Positions 10,150-18,402 of a stretch of 64,000 nt of DNA are shown here, one piece after another. The DNA comes from Candidatus Adlerbacteria bacterium. GTDB taxonomy: Bacteria; Patescibacteriota; Minisyncoccia; Phycocordibacterales; SBAW01. Where the stretch lies: contig JBAXLB010000003.1 of assembly GCA_037135035.1 (NCBI GenBank), positions 3,548 to 67,547 of the forward strand. The letters are read 5' to 3'. The notes beneath the pieces are model-generated. The model was not told the DNA's origin. It worked only from the letters and a program-made list of their open reading frames with translations, and did no database searches. Within the stretch, counting starts at the first letter, position 1. Each line of letters opens with the position of its first letter. The position numbers were made by a program, and so were the translations under genes.

Positions 10150-10478
10150 ATCCTCCCGACTGTTCCGAAAATAAACCCTACGAGTTCGATAACGAGCCAG
10201 CCAAGTATCGCGTAACCTATCATTGCAAAAATAGCGACCACGTCGAGCACCGAGTTGCTGCCAAGCGCGATGCCCGAAAACGATCCTACAAACGGGCCGA
10301 TAAACGCACCGCTCACGCTGTACACCCATGCAACAAATTGCGCCGAAGGGTTTGCGCCAAAAAGTTCGAGCACTAAGCGCACAAAAAGAAACACTTCAAT
10401 AATGCCAACAACGCCATTGATAATCCGTGCAACAAAATTTCCGCGATAGTAATAGCCGGTTGATGTAATTTCACTCAT
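10146..10478 (-). CDS. YggT-like small membrane protein
   Basis: 110 aa, hydrophobic repeats typical of the YggT/Ycf19 family. Confidence 0.45.
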   Translation of the reverse strand: MSEITSTGYYYRGNFVARIINGVVGIIEVFLFVRLVLELFGANPSAQFVAWVYSVSGAFIGPFVGSFSGIALGSNSVLDVVAIFAMIGYAILGWLVIELVGFIFGTVGRI

Positions 10479-10574
10479 ACCAACAACTGTAGCTTTTGTT
10501 GGATGTAGAAATGATGAAGAATTGTGAGATTAGAAAAAAGAAAATGCCCCGGGGTTACCGAGGCATTGAAAGAC

Positions 10575-10874
10575 CTAGCTGATCGTGGAAGCGTTGACCA
10601 GATCAGGGCTGCAACGAAAGGCGGGCTCCTTGCCGTGGAACTTCTCCAGAGGCTTCAGCTTCAGGTCGCCGTCCTCGTAGACGCCCTGCAGTGTGGCGTG
10701 GACGCGAGCGTCGTTGACGACGACGTCTCCCACCGCTACGTGCTGCCTATTGGTCTTCGGGCCGACGACGACCGACTCGACACCCGACTTCACCTTGGTC
10801 GACGGTGCGACCATCGGCGACTTTGCCGGCTTCCTAAAGTCGACCGGAAATGGCCGATTATGCTGACGTGTCAT
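10575..10874 (-). CDS. hypothetical protein, GC3-rich (foreign-looking) gene
   Basis: 99-aa ORF from MTRQHNRPFP; codons dominated by GTC/GAC/CCG/AAG/TCG, about 63% GC versus about 50% around it. Confidence 0.45.
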   Translation of the reverse strand: MTRQHNRPFPVDFRKPAKSPMVAPSTKVKSGVESVVVGPKTNRQHVAVGDVVVNDARVHATLQGVYEDGDLKLKPLEKFHGKEPAFRCSPDLVNASTIS

Positions 10875-10975
10875 CAAAAAACACCTTTCGTGTATGTTAG
10901 AACGCAACGTCAAATATTGTACATAGTAATGGAAATAAGGCAAGAGGTACAAAATGTATCTGCGATGAGAGTAAT

Positions 10976-11326
10976 TTATCTAACTCTCTCCAACCTCCTC
11001 AAATTTTTTCGCAGGGCAACATGGTCCGGCAAGACTTTTGCGACCTGCGCCCAAAAGGCTGGGGAGTGGTTAAATTCGGCCAGGTGGCAGAGTTCGTGCA
11101 CGATTATATAGTCGACAATTTCTGTGGGGAGGAAGACAAGTTTGTAGTTAAAGTTTAGGTTCCCCCGCTCGGAGCAACTTCCCCAGCGCGACTTGTGGTT
11201 TTTGATAAATACTTTTTTGAGCGGAAATTTGTAGAACGTGTTGAAGTGGTTTAGCCGCGCGTGCACCAGTGCACGCGCGGCTTCCCTATGTTTTAAATAT
11301 TCTCTTCTACTCCGGCGCCACAGCAT
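10976..11326 (-). CDS. YgjP-like metal-dependent hydrolase (DUF45/M48-like, HExxH)
   Basis: 116 aa; IVHELCHL (HExxH) motif. Confidence 0.65.
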   Translation of the reverse strand: MLWRRSRREYLKHREAARALVHARLNHFNTFYKFPLKKVFIKNHKSRWGSCSERGNLNFNYKLVFLPTEIVDYIIVHELCHLAEFNHSPAFWAQVAKVLPDHVALRKNLRRLERVR

Positions 11327-11340
11327 CTACGCAGTATACA

Positions 11341-11372
11341 GAAAAAGCTCCACACTAGGCGGAGCTTTTTTG
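11341..11372. terminator. rho-independent terminator
   Basis: agctcc...ggagct hairpin + T-run, downstream of ORF 11389-12102. Confidence 0.55.
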
Positions 11373-11388
11373 TTGTATGTTTTTTTAT

Positions 11389-12102
11389 TTACCGACCAAG
11401 GACAAGTGTCCGGCGAATTGCGTCAAACTGCGCAAGGAGTGCGGTTTGGTCAAAGGCAACAACGGTGTTTGGTGGGTAGTTACCAAGTTGTGTTGAGTGT
11501 ACAAAGTACCGTACCGCAGTACATGGCGACGTGCCCGGCAATGCAAAGATAGTTTCGTGGTAGAGGTTACCTGCACCCGCATCGCTACTTTCAGCAACCG
11601 AGTAGGTCGTGCCGTGGTCAACCATTGTTTTTATTGTGTCGTTTGTGTGGAAAAACAAGTCGGCGGTACAGCCTCGGGTAGTGGTCAAAGTTTCGACCGA
11701 AACACCAGTGTCCTGCGCCAAGTTAGTACCTTTTGTCGACGTTGTAGAAATATCAAACTTTACACCGGGTATAGTCAGCCCCGGACCAAGCGCACTGTAC
11801 GCGTAAGGAGTTTCAAGACGATACTCTTTTGGATAGCGAATAGAAAAACCAAACTTGGTTGATGTGTAGGTACTCCAGTTTTCTTGATTTGGAGTAGTTT
11901 GGTTTGTTGAGCCCGTCTGTGTATTTGTACTACCAGTTGTTTGCTGTGTTGTTGTCGCCATGGAGCCAAGCAACCCCGTAAGCGGTGCGCTGTTACGGAA
12001 CATCCACAAGACTAAACACAGTGCAATAAGCACAACGACAATAACAACAGTGGTAACTACGGTGCGGCCGCGGAGTGACGGGGTATTTTGTTGTGGGTTC
12101 AT
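11389..12102 (-). CDS. membrane-anchored hypothetical protein (Thr/Gln-rich linker)
   Basis: N-terminal TM VVTTVVIVVVLIALCLVLW; no recognisable catalytic motif. Confidence 0.45.
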   Translation of the reverse strand: MNPQQNTPSLRGRTVVTTVVIVVVLIALCLVLWMFRNSAPLTGLLGSMATTTQQTTGSTNTQTGSTNQTTPNQENWSTYTSTKFGFSIRYPKEYRLETPYAYSALGPGLTIPGVKFDISTTSTKGTNLAQDTGVSVETLTTTRGCTADLFFHTNDTIKTMVDHGTTYSVAESSDAGAGNLYHETIFALPGTSPCTAVRYFVHSTQLGNYPPNTVVAFDQTALLAQFDAIRRTLVLGR

Positions 12103-12158
12103 ATCACAATGATATGGCTTGCTTCATGAAGATACAAGGAAGCCCCTATGTAGGGAGG

Positions 12159-12437
12159 CTAGCGCTTAAAAGCAGAAAGGCAGCGCAAGCACTTGTCTTG
12201 GCCGGCACGAGTCTTTAAATATTTATTGCTGCATTCGCAAATTAAAATAGTTGTTTTGTTTGGTTTTTCTATCCAGTGGCCGTCTTGTTGAAAGGTCTTG
12301 CTGGGCCCACGCATCTGCGCGTTGTTGCGCACACCTGTTGAAGGCACGGGAATTTGCGCCGGTATGTTTTGCGGTGCAACGTGTTCTACATTTTTCTTTT
12401 TTAGTTTGGTTGTTTTTTCCATAGTAGTTGAACGCAC
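12159..12437 (-). CDS. small hypothetical protein with C-terminal Cys cluster (zinc-ribbon-like)
   Basis: ICECSNKYLKTRAGQDKCLRC; overlapping alternative ORF 12223-12441 makes the call uncertain. Confidence 0.25.
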   Translation of the reverse strand: MRSTTMEKTTKLKKKNVEHVAPQNIPAQIPVPSTGVRNNAQMRGPSKTFQQDGHWIEKPNKTTILICECSNKYLKTRAGQDKCLRCLSAFKR

Positions 12438-12455
12438 ACAAACCGCCTCGGGGCT

Positions 12456-13793
12456 TTAGGCTTCGATAAAGGTCAGTGCCTTACCCTTCTTGCCGGCACG
12501 GCCGGTACGGCCAATGCGGTGGATGTAGTCTTCGTGGCTCGACGGTAGGTCATAGTTGATCACGTGTGAGACGCCAGAAATGTCCAAACCGCGGGCAGCA
12601 ACGTCTGTCGCCACCAAAATTTTTACATGGTCGCGCTTAAAGAGGTCGAGCGCTTTTTGGCGTTTGTTTTGTGTTTTGTTGCCGTGGATAGACTCCGACT
12701 TAAAGCCCTTGGCGAGCAATGTTTTGGAAAGTTTTTCCACGCCGTGTTTTGTGCGGCCAAAGATTAGCACTTTGTTAAATTCCGGCTGGATAAGCAAGTC
12801 ATGCAACACAGTAAGTTTGTCTGTACCGCGGGGTACGCGGACAATGTCCTGCTCGATCGATGCAGCAGACTCGCGAGTCTTAACCGAGATGCGCACCGGT
12901 TCGCGGAGGAATTCGCCAATGAGGCGTTCAATTTCAGTCGAAAGAGTTGCAGAGAAAAACAGTGTGTGGCGGGGCGAAGGCAGCAACGAAAGTATCGTGC
13001 GCATGTCGTTGATAAAGCCCATGTCCAACATGCGGTCAGCTTCGTCCAACACTGCGGTGTTAAATGCGGAAAGCACCAAGGTTTTGCGTTCGAGCAAGTC
13101 CTTCAAACGGCCTGGAGTACCAATGACAAAGTTTGGTTTGCGGCGGAGTTCCGACATTTGTGGGCCGATACCGGCACCACCTACGCAGATTGCAGAAAAG
13201 ATTCCAAGCCCCGGGGTAAAGCCGCGGAGCTCGTCGCCGATTTGTACCGCAAGTTCGCGGGTTGGGACCATAATCAGTACGCGCTCATTTTTGTTGAGCA
13301 GCACTTTGTTTATGAGTGGAATGAGAAATGCGGCAGTTTTGCCGGTACCTGTGTTTGCGATACCAACAACGTCCGAACCACGGAGCACATGTGGGATAGC
13401 GCGGTCCTGGATCGGTGTCGGGAGGACATACCCTTTCTTAACAATGTTAGCTTTCAGTTTTTCTTCGATCAAAAAGTCAGCAAACTTATGTTCGGGTGTA
13501 AAGTGTTCAACTTGTTCGGTGATAACCGCCTTGTTAATGAAACGGGACGGGTCAAATGACGACATACCGAACTTTTTACCACCGCCACGCGACCCACCGC
13601 GACTTCCGCCGCTGTAGCCACCTGCCGCACCAAATGGGCGACGTGATGCACCTCCAAAGCTCTTACGAGGCCCGGACGAGTTTGCATACGGACGGCTACC
13701 CCCAGCAGAGGTACCGTGAGTAGATGTTATGTTATAAGGCTTTCGAGCGGGTTTGCCTCCCGATGTGAAAGGCCGTTTAAATTTATCTGGCAT
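12456..13793 (-). CDS. DEAD-box ATP-dependent RNA helicase
   Basis: Q-motif, GTGKTAAF (Walker A), PTRELA, DEAD, SAT, HRIGRTGRAG motifs; N-terminal Gly/Arg-rich low-complexity region. Confidence 0.9.
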   Translation of the reverse strand: MPDKFKRPFTSGGKPARKPYNITSTHGTSAGGSRPYANSSGPRKSFGGASRRPFGAAGGYSGGSRGGSRGGGKKFGMSSFDPSRFINKAVITEQVEHFTPEHKFADFLIEEKLKANIVKKGYVLPTPIQDRAIPHVLRGSDVVGIANTGTGKTAAFLIPLINKVLLNKNERVLIMVPTRELAVQIGDELRGFTPGLGIFSAICVGGAGIGPQMSELRRKPNFVIGTPGRLKDLLERKTLVLSAFNTAVLDEADRMLDMGFINDMRTILSLLPSPRHTLFFSATLSTEIERLIGEFLREPVRISVKTRESAASIEQDIVRVPRGTDKLTVLHDLLIQPEFNKVLIFGRTKHGVEKLSKTLLAKGFKSESIHGNKTQNKRQKALDLFKRDHVKILVATDVAARGLDISGVSHVINYDLPSSHEDYIHRIGRTGRAGKKGKALTFIEA

Positions 13794-13834
13794 TAGCCGC
13801 TAATAGTAATATATTACAACCTATTTGTCAACTA

Positions 13835-14965
13835 CTACTGATACTGAATAAAGCTTGGGGCCGGTGTGAGCTTCAAAACTTCTTCCTGTGTCATCAAACG
13901 AGTGCTTGGCGGCTTGATGTCATTTTTATAGAAGAGTTTAAAACCCGTAAACTGCACTGGTTGGAGATTTTCAAAATTGGTATACGTACCAACTTTTTTA
14001 GCAGGACCTCCCCACCCGTCCATGTCCATCACAATTTGTACTTCAGGGAGCGGGGTAATATTTTTATAATTTGTCACCATGCCTTGCGTGTAGCGGTGTA
14101 CAAACAATACTTTTGGCGGCAAGTTATTGTCGCGCACTAACTTTGCCAAATAGTTTGCAACCCAGTTTATGTCTGTCGCGTCGACGGTACCCACAACCGT
14201 GCCCGGCTTGGCGCCTGTCTTCATTGAAAACTCGGGGTCAATAGCCAGGTGCACGTTTGGCATTTTTAGATAGTTCTCAAGCAGCGGGACTTCTATCTGG
14301 TTAGTACTTAAACCCACCTGCACTTCAAGTATCACAATACCGTGCACTTGTTCGGCCAACTCGAGTGCATGGTCGACTTGGCTGTCGGGCATACGCAAAC
14401 GGTACTTGCCGTCTTTGCCGGCGCTCCCCTGTGCTGTTACGGCAATATAGTCGATAGCAGGGACAACTGGTGTTGCAGGGTCGGCCGCACGCCATTGTGC
14501 TAGCGTGTCGTTTAGTTTTGAAATCATAACGTCGGCAGGATATTCGCCAAGCACGCCCATACCTTTAGAGTAAAAGTTACCGTAGTACGCAACAATGCGG
14601 TTAAACGGCAGCAACGCGCCATAGTTTGGGTATGTTGTTTTTACCGGCCATGGTTGTTTTTTAACAGTTGTGGTACCCGTGGTGGTGCCGGTCAAAAAAT
14701 ATTCGTACCACGATGTTGATGTTGCAACGTGCGCGAGCGAAAGTAACTTAAGGTCGTATGCATGCGTGTCGAGTACTGGCGGTGGAACCACCTTCACGCT
14801 TACCGGAGTAGTTGATGCGTGCGCATCGTCCAAGCCTCCATAATGCACTGCAAACAAACTGCTGTAGCCAACCAAATACACCAACGCCAAACTAGCGACA
14901 CACCCAAGAGCTGCCATAGCAACATACACGACAGCTTTTTTTATATTTTTTTGTTTTTTTGCCAT
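13835..14965 (-). CDS. membrane-anchored hypothetical protein (possible glycoside-hydrolase-like TIM-barrel)
   Basis: start taken at MAKKQKNIKK; single N-terminal TM; no firm motif. Confidence 0.35.
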   Translation of the reverse strand: MAKKQKNIKKAVVYVAMAALGCVASLALVYLVGYSSLFAVHYGGLDDAHASTTPVSVKVVPPPVLDTHAYDLKLLSLAHVATSTSWYEYFLTGTTTGTTTVKKQPWPVKTTYPNYGALLPFNRIVAYYGNFYSKGMGVLGEYPADVMISKLNDTLAQWRAADPATPVVPAIDYIAVTAQGSAGKDGKYRLRMPDSQVDHALELAEQVHGIVILEVQVGLSTNQIEVPLLENYLKMPNVHLAIDPEFSMKTGAKPGTVVGTVDATDINWVANYLAKLVRDNNLPPKVLFVHRYTQGMVTNYKNITPLPEVQIVMDMDGWGGPAKKVGTYTNFENLQPVQFTGFKLFYKNDIKPPSTRLMTQEEVLKLTPAPSFIQYQ

Positions 14966-15234
14966 ACTGCCTTCTTTCCCACTATAGCAGACTTCACTAA
15001 CATGAGTTTTTGCGCGCGCGACATCTTTTTTACTTCTGCTTCCCGTTTTGAAGCCACACTGCGGTTTGCACATTCTTCGGTATATACTATTTTCTTGGCT
15101 TTTCGTGCGCGCGTATAGTGGCTACCAATCCCCTGCTGGTGTTCAGCAAAACGCCGCGCAACATCGGTCGCGATACCTGTGTACAGAGAGCCGTCTTTGC
15201 ACTCTAAAATGTAGACGAAATACATGTGCACCAA
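14941..15234 (-). CDS. GIY-YIG nuclease family protein (small, stand-alone)
   Basis: YFVYILECKDGSLYTGIATDVARRFAEHQ = GIY-(10)-YIG, with downstream R and E. Confidence 0.75.
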   Translation of the reverse strand: MVHMYFVYILECKDGSLYTGIATDVARRFAEHQQGIGSHYTRARKAKKIVYTEECANRSVASKREAEVKKMSRAQKLMLVKSAIVGKKAVWQKNKKI

Positions 15235-15576
15235 ATTACTCTTTCCAGATTTTTATAACGCACATGGGAGCCGGGCAAATATAGAGAGTTTTCGACTTCC
15301 TATCATAAAACCATCCGACCCAAAAGTCGTACCAGAGAAAACTAAAACTGATTTTCATAATTTCATTCTACCCGAGAATTAAATATCCCCCGCAGTATGC
15401 GGGGGGGGGTGTCGAACTCACAAGGTTTCAACGTTGGTGGCCTTTTACAGCTGCTATAACAGGCACCTGCTTCTAAGATGCCCGCCCATCGTGTTGCCCC
15501 ACAAGTTCGGCGTCTTGGTTATAGCAAAAGAGGAGAGGATTGAAAAGAAGGCTGTTTCGGTGTATTTTGGAACTGT

Positions 15577-15624
15577 ATTGCCAGCCTCGCCCGTAGGACG
15601 GTCTACGGCCGAGGGATCGTCTAA
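15577..15624 (+). repeat. direct repeat A: tRNA-Gln 5'-end copy with 31-nt hairpin insertion
   Basis: attgccag[cctcgcccgtaggacggtctacggccgaggg]atcgtctaa; near-identical copy at 15860-15908. Confidence 0.8.
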
Positions 15625-15629
15625 ATCAT

Positions 15630-15908
15630 ATGCATTACGTATATGTTTTGAAAAGTAAGAAGGACGGCAATCTGTATATAGGTTGTACTGGTGATATTAC
15701 AAAACGAATAGAGCAGCATAAGAACGGAAAGGTGCGAGCGACAAAAAGTAGGTTGCCGGTTGAGTTGATCTATAAGGAAGAATATAGTGATAAGTATGAA
15801 GCGTTTTATCAGGAACGTTTCTACAAAACTCCAAAAGGCAAAAGAGAGTTGAAGGAAAAATTGCCAGCCTCGCCCGTAGGACGGAGCTACGGCCGAGGGA
15901 TCGTCTAA
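15630..15908 (+). CDS. GIY-YIG nuclease family protein (second copy; 3' end runs into repeat B)
   Basis: MHYVYVLKSKKDGNLYIGCTGDITKRIEQHK motif; a degenerate copy of this gene's 3' end lies at about 15520-15576. Confidence 0.7.
   Translation: MHYVYVLKSKKDGNLYIGCTGDITKRIEQHKNGKVRATKSRLPVELIYKEEYSDKYEAFYQERFYKTPKGKRELKEKLPASPVGRSYGRGIV
15860..15908 (+). repeat. direct repeat B (see repeat A)
   Basis: 49 nt, 1-2 differences from repeat A. Confidence 0.8.
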
Positions 15909-15944
15909 TGTAATAATTGGACAATAAGTTCACGAAGTGAACAT

Positions 15945-16016
15945 TGCCAGATCGTCTAATGGTAGGACAACGGACTCTGAATCCGTTTATCTTGGTTCGA
16001 GTCCAAGTCTGGCAGC
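15945..16016 (+). tRNA. tRNA-Gln (anticodon CTG)
   Basis: U1-A72 acceptor TGCCAGA/TCTGGCA, 3-bp D stem, anticodon arm ACGGA-CTCTGAA-TCCGT, T-loop TTCGAGT. Confidence 0.85.
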
Positions 16017-16092
16017 AAATTTTTAGAGCTTATAAATCAATGGGATTTTAGAAAAGAGGACTTAGACATCAGAACTAGTATAAAATAAACCT

Positions 16093-16587
16093 ATGGGAAT
16101 AATATCGCACGACAGCGAAACGCCCGCGCAGGGCAAACAAGTAATATCCGCATGTGCATTTATCCACCACAATTTTGACGGCGTAGAAAAAGTGTTTATG
16201 CCCAAACGCGCAGATACAAAAAAGTTTTTGCCGAGCGTGTTTGAAATCCCCGGTGGCCACATAGACTTCGGCGAAGACGTTGTTGAAGGATTAAAGCGCG
16301 AAGTAATGGAAGAACATGGCATGCATATTTCTGTCGGTGACCCGTTTGCCGTATTTACCTACATAAACCCTATAAAAGGCTCCCACTCTATTGAAGCGGT
16401 TTACTTTGCTACCTTTACCGACCCACTGGAAAATATTTGCATCAACCCCGAAGACCACTCCGAATATAAATGGGTCGCAGAGAGTGAACTAGCTTCTGTA
16501 TCTTCCGCTCCAATTACAGATGCAGAATTTGCAAACGTTAAAAAAGGTTTTGAACTTTTACGCGGTGAAGCACATAACTTTGGTTAA
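16093..16587 (+). CDS. NUDIX hydrolase
   Basis: Nudix box GGHIDFGEDVVEGLKREVMEEHGM. Confidence 0.85.
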   Translation: MGIISHDSETPAQGKQVISACAFIHHNFDGVEKVFMPKRADTKKFLPSVFEIPGGHIDFGEDVVEGLKREVMEEHGMHISVGDPFAVFTYINPIKGSHSIEAVYFATFTDPLENICINPEDHSEYKWVAESELASVSSAPITDAEFANVKKGFELLRGEAHNFG

Positions 16588-16598
16588 ATTAAAACAAG

Positions 16599-17273
16599 CT
16601 AGCTTCCGTAACGCTTAAGAAAATTCTCTCGGCTTATTGAAGCAAACGCTTTCTTTTCTTTTTCGTCTACTTCGCTAACCTCAAAACCCATTTTCTTCAT
16701 GATGTAGGGATGTTCGTAAATGATCCAAGACTGCCCAGTTACTCTTTCAACCCCTGCGAACAACGGGTCATTTTTAATTTTCGCGGCTAGCATATGCAAG
16801 CCTTCTTCAAACAACTGCAACATCTCCATCGGTTTTTTGGTAAACATCATTGGGATATGAATCCCAATATCTTTTTCCTCAATATGGTACGACAACGCTT
16901 CGTTAACGGAGGCCCAATCGCTTTGTTCAACTAAATTTTCACGCAATTTAGTCTCCAAATCTTCAGGAGATATTTTATCAACGAGAAATACATTTATCTG
17001 TTTGGTTATCTCTTTAGGAAGAGCTTCAACACTGCTGTAAGGAAAAGTTTTTAATCTCTCTATCAAAGCTTCAAATTCTTGGGCGCGTTCAGGAAAAAGA
17101 GCCTGTCCGCGCTGTCTAAAACGCTCTGTTATATATGTTGCCGTTGAAGCTATATCCTCTCTATTTGGAGCTTCCAATACCATACGCATAACAGACTCTT
17201 CGATACGTTTCGACATTGCTTCTACCATACCAACTTCTTTCTGGTCAGGTCGGGCAACTCCTTCGATTTTCAT
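16599..17273 (-). CDS. hypothetical protein (AT-rich gene)
   Basis: 224-aa ORF, about 42% GC, charged/helical, no recognisable motif. Confidence 0.4.
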   Translation of the reverse strand: MKIEGVARPDQKEVGMVEAMSKRIEESVMRMVLEAPNREDIASTATYITERFRQRGQALFPERAQEFEALIERLKTFPYSSVEALPKEITKQINVFLVDKISPEDLETKLRENLVEQSDWASVNEALSYHIEEKDIGIHIPMMFTKKPMEMLQLFEEGLHMLAAKIKNDPLFAGVERVTGQSWIIYEHPYIMKKMGFEVSEVDEKEKKAFASISRENFLKRYGS

Positions 17274-17316
17274 ACTCTAAGTTTAGCACCGAACTATATA
17301 CCTAAAATGAGATTCA

Positions 17317-18402
17317 TCACTTCCCTACCGGAGGAGTAGTTGTTGCGACAGCCGGGCGGCTAGCGTAGTACGCATCCATTTGTTGATACGTAACTTTTGA
17401 AATGTCTTGTAAGTTCTGTTGTAATTTTGCAAAGTCTTTGCCGTGTGTCATCACACACAACAGGTATGGGTGGTTTGGATAGTACACAACTCCGCAGTCG
17501 TGCAACTCACTTGCTGCGGGCGTAGTAGCAGTTGCCGGGATACTTCGCACGCCAAACTTATGTGCAACTGCAAGTGACGCAGGGACCCCCGACACAATCC
17601 CGTCCTTATACTGCGCCTGTGTAAGAAGTGAAAGTGCTCGTTCAGAGTCGTCACGTGTTAGATACGTTGCACCAAACAACACACGGAAGATGGTGGCATA
17701 TGCGCTTACCGTCATAAACTGTAGCTTGTCTTCGCTTTGTGTTGCGGGCGAGGGAATGTTTAAGTCTGTAAAAATATCATTAAACGCAGCGAGTGTTTTT
17801 GCATCGAAGTTATTTACAAGTGTATTGAACGCATCGTTGTCGGAATAGACTATCATCTGTCGGATAATATCTCGGACACTGTATGTCTGGCCGGAGGTCA
17901 AATGTGGTATGACTTCGCCGGGGTTGTCGTCGGTTGGGTTTTCTGAACCTTGATACACAAGCTGCTTGTTTAGCACGCCAGGGTAGTCCTCATTTTCTTT
18001 ATAGTATGAGGTCATAATAAATACCTTGAGCAAACTCGCCGGAGCATACGTACTGTCGGGGTTTATGACAAACCACTTCCCACTCTTGAGCAAGCGTACA
18101 TACACAGAAATTGCCCTTGCATTTTTTGCACGTATATCGTCAGCGATAGTATTAGCAATTGCCTGTTTTATGGGATTTAATTCTGGAAATGCATCCTCCG
18201 GGCCGATGTCGCACGCAAGTATAGGGTCAATAAGAGAATAGCCGCTGTTGTCGTCGCGGACAATTGCGCCTCGATACACACCTGCCGGTACGGCAAAAGC
18301 GTGTATATACCAACCAAGAACAACACCGGCCAGCAACGCCCCCAAAACAACCAGGGCATGTGTTCGGCGCAATTTCATATACGTTCTACTTTTTACCTGC
18401 AA
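17317..18402 (-). CDS. class A beta-lactamase-like serine hydrolase (membrane-anchored)
   Basis: SxxK (ASLLKV), SDN (YSDNDA) and KTG-like (HKFG) motifs; N-terminal TM. Confidence 0.6.
   Translation of the reverse strand: MQVKSRTYMKLRRTHALVVLGALLAGVVLGWYIHAFAVPAGVYRGAIVRDDNSGYSLIDPILACDIGPEDAFPELNPIKQAIANTIADDIRAKNARAISVYVRLLKSGKWFVINPDSTYAPASLLKVFIMTSYYKENEDYPGVLNKQLVYQGSENPTDDNPGEVIPHLTSGQTYSVRDIIRQMIVYSDNDAFNTLVNNFDAKTLAAFNDIFTDLNIPSPATQSEDKLQFMTVSAYATIFRVLFGATYLTRDDSERALSLLTQAQYKDGIVSGVPASLAVAHKFGVRSIPATATTPAASELHDCGVVYYPNHPYLLCVMTHGKDFAKLQQNLQDISKVTYQQMDAYYASRPAVATTTPPVGK

Noticed and set aside
10524-11111. 195-aa plus-strand ORF spanning the high-GC block
   Set aside because: Its composition is Arg/Leu-rich and unnatural, typical of an antisense read of GC-rich coding sequence. 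GC3 periodicity supports the minus-strand 99-aa frame.
12556-13617. 353-aa and 252-aa plus-strand ORFs
   Set aside because: They are antisense to the well-supported DEAD-box helicase gene.
15380-15410. Hairpin cccccgcagtatgcggggg followed by a G9 homopolymer
   Set aside because: It is upstream rather than downstream of the nearest gene and has no T-run. It may be a homopolymer or assembly-prone site rather than a terminator.
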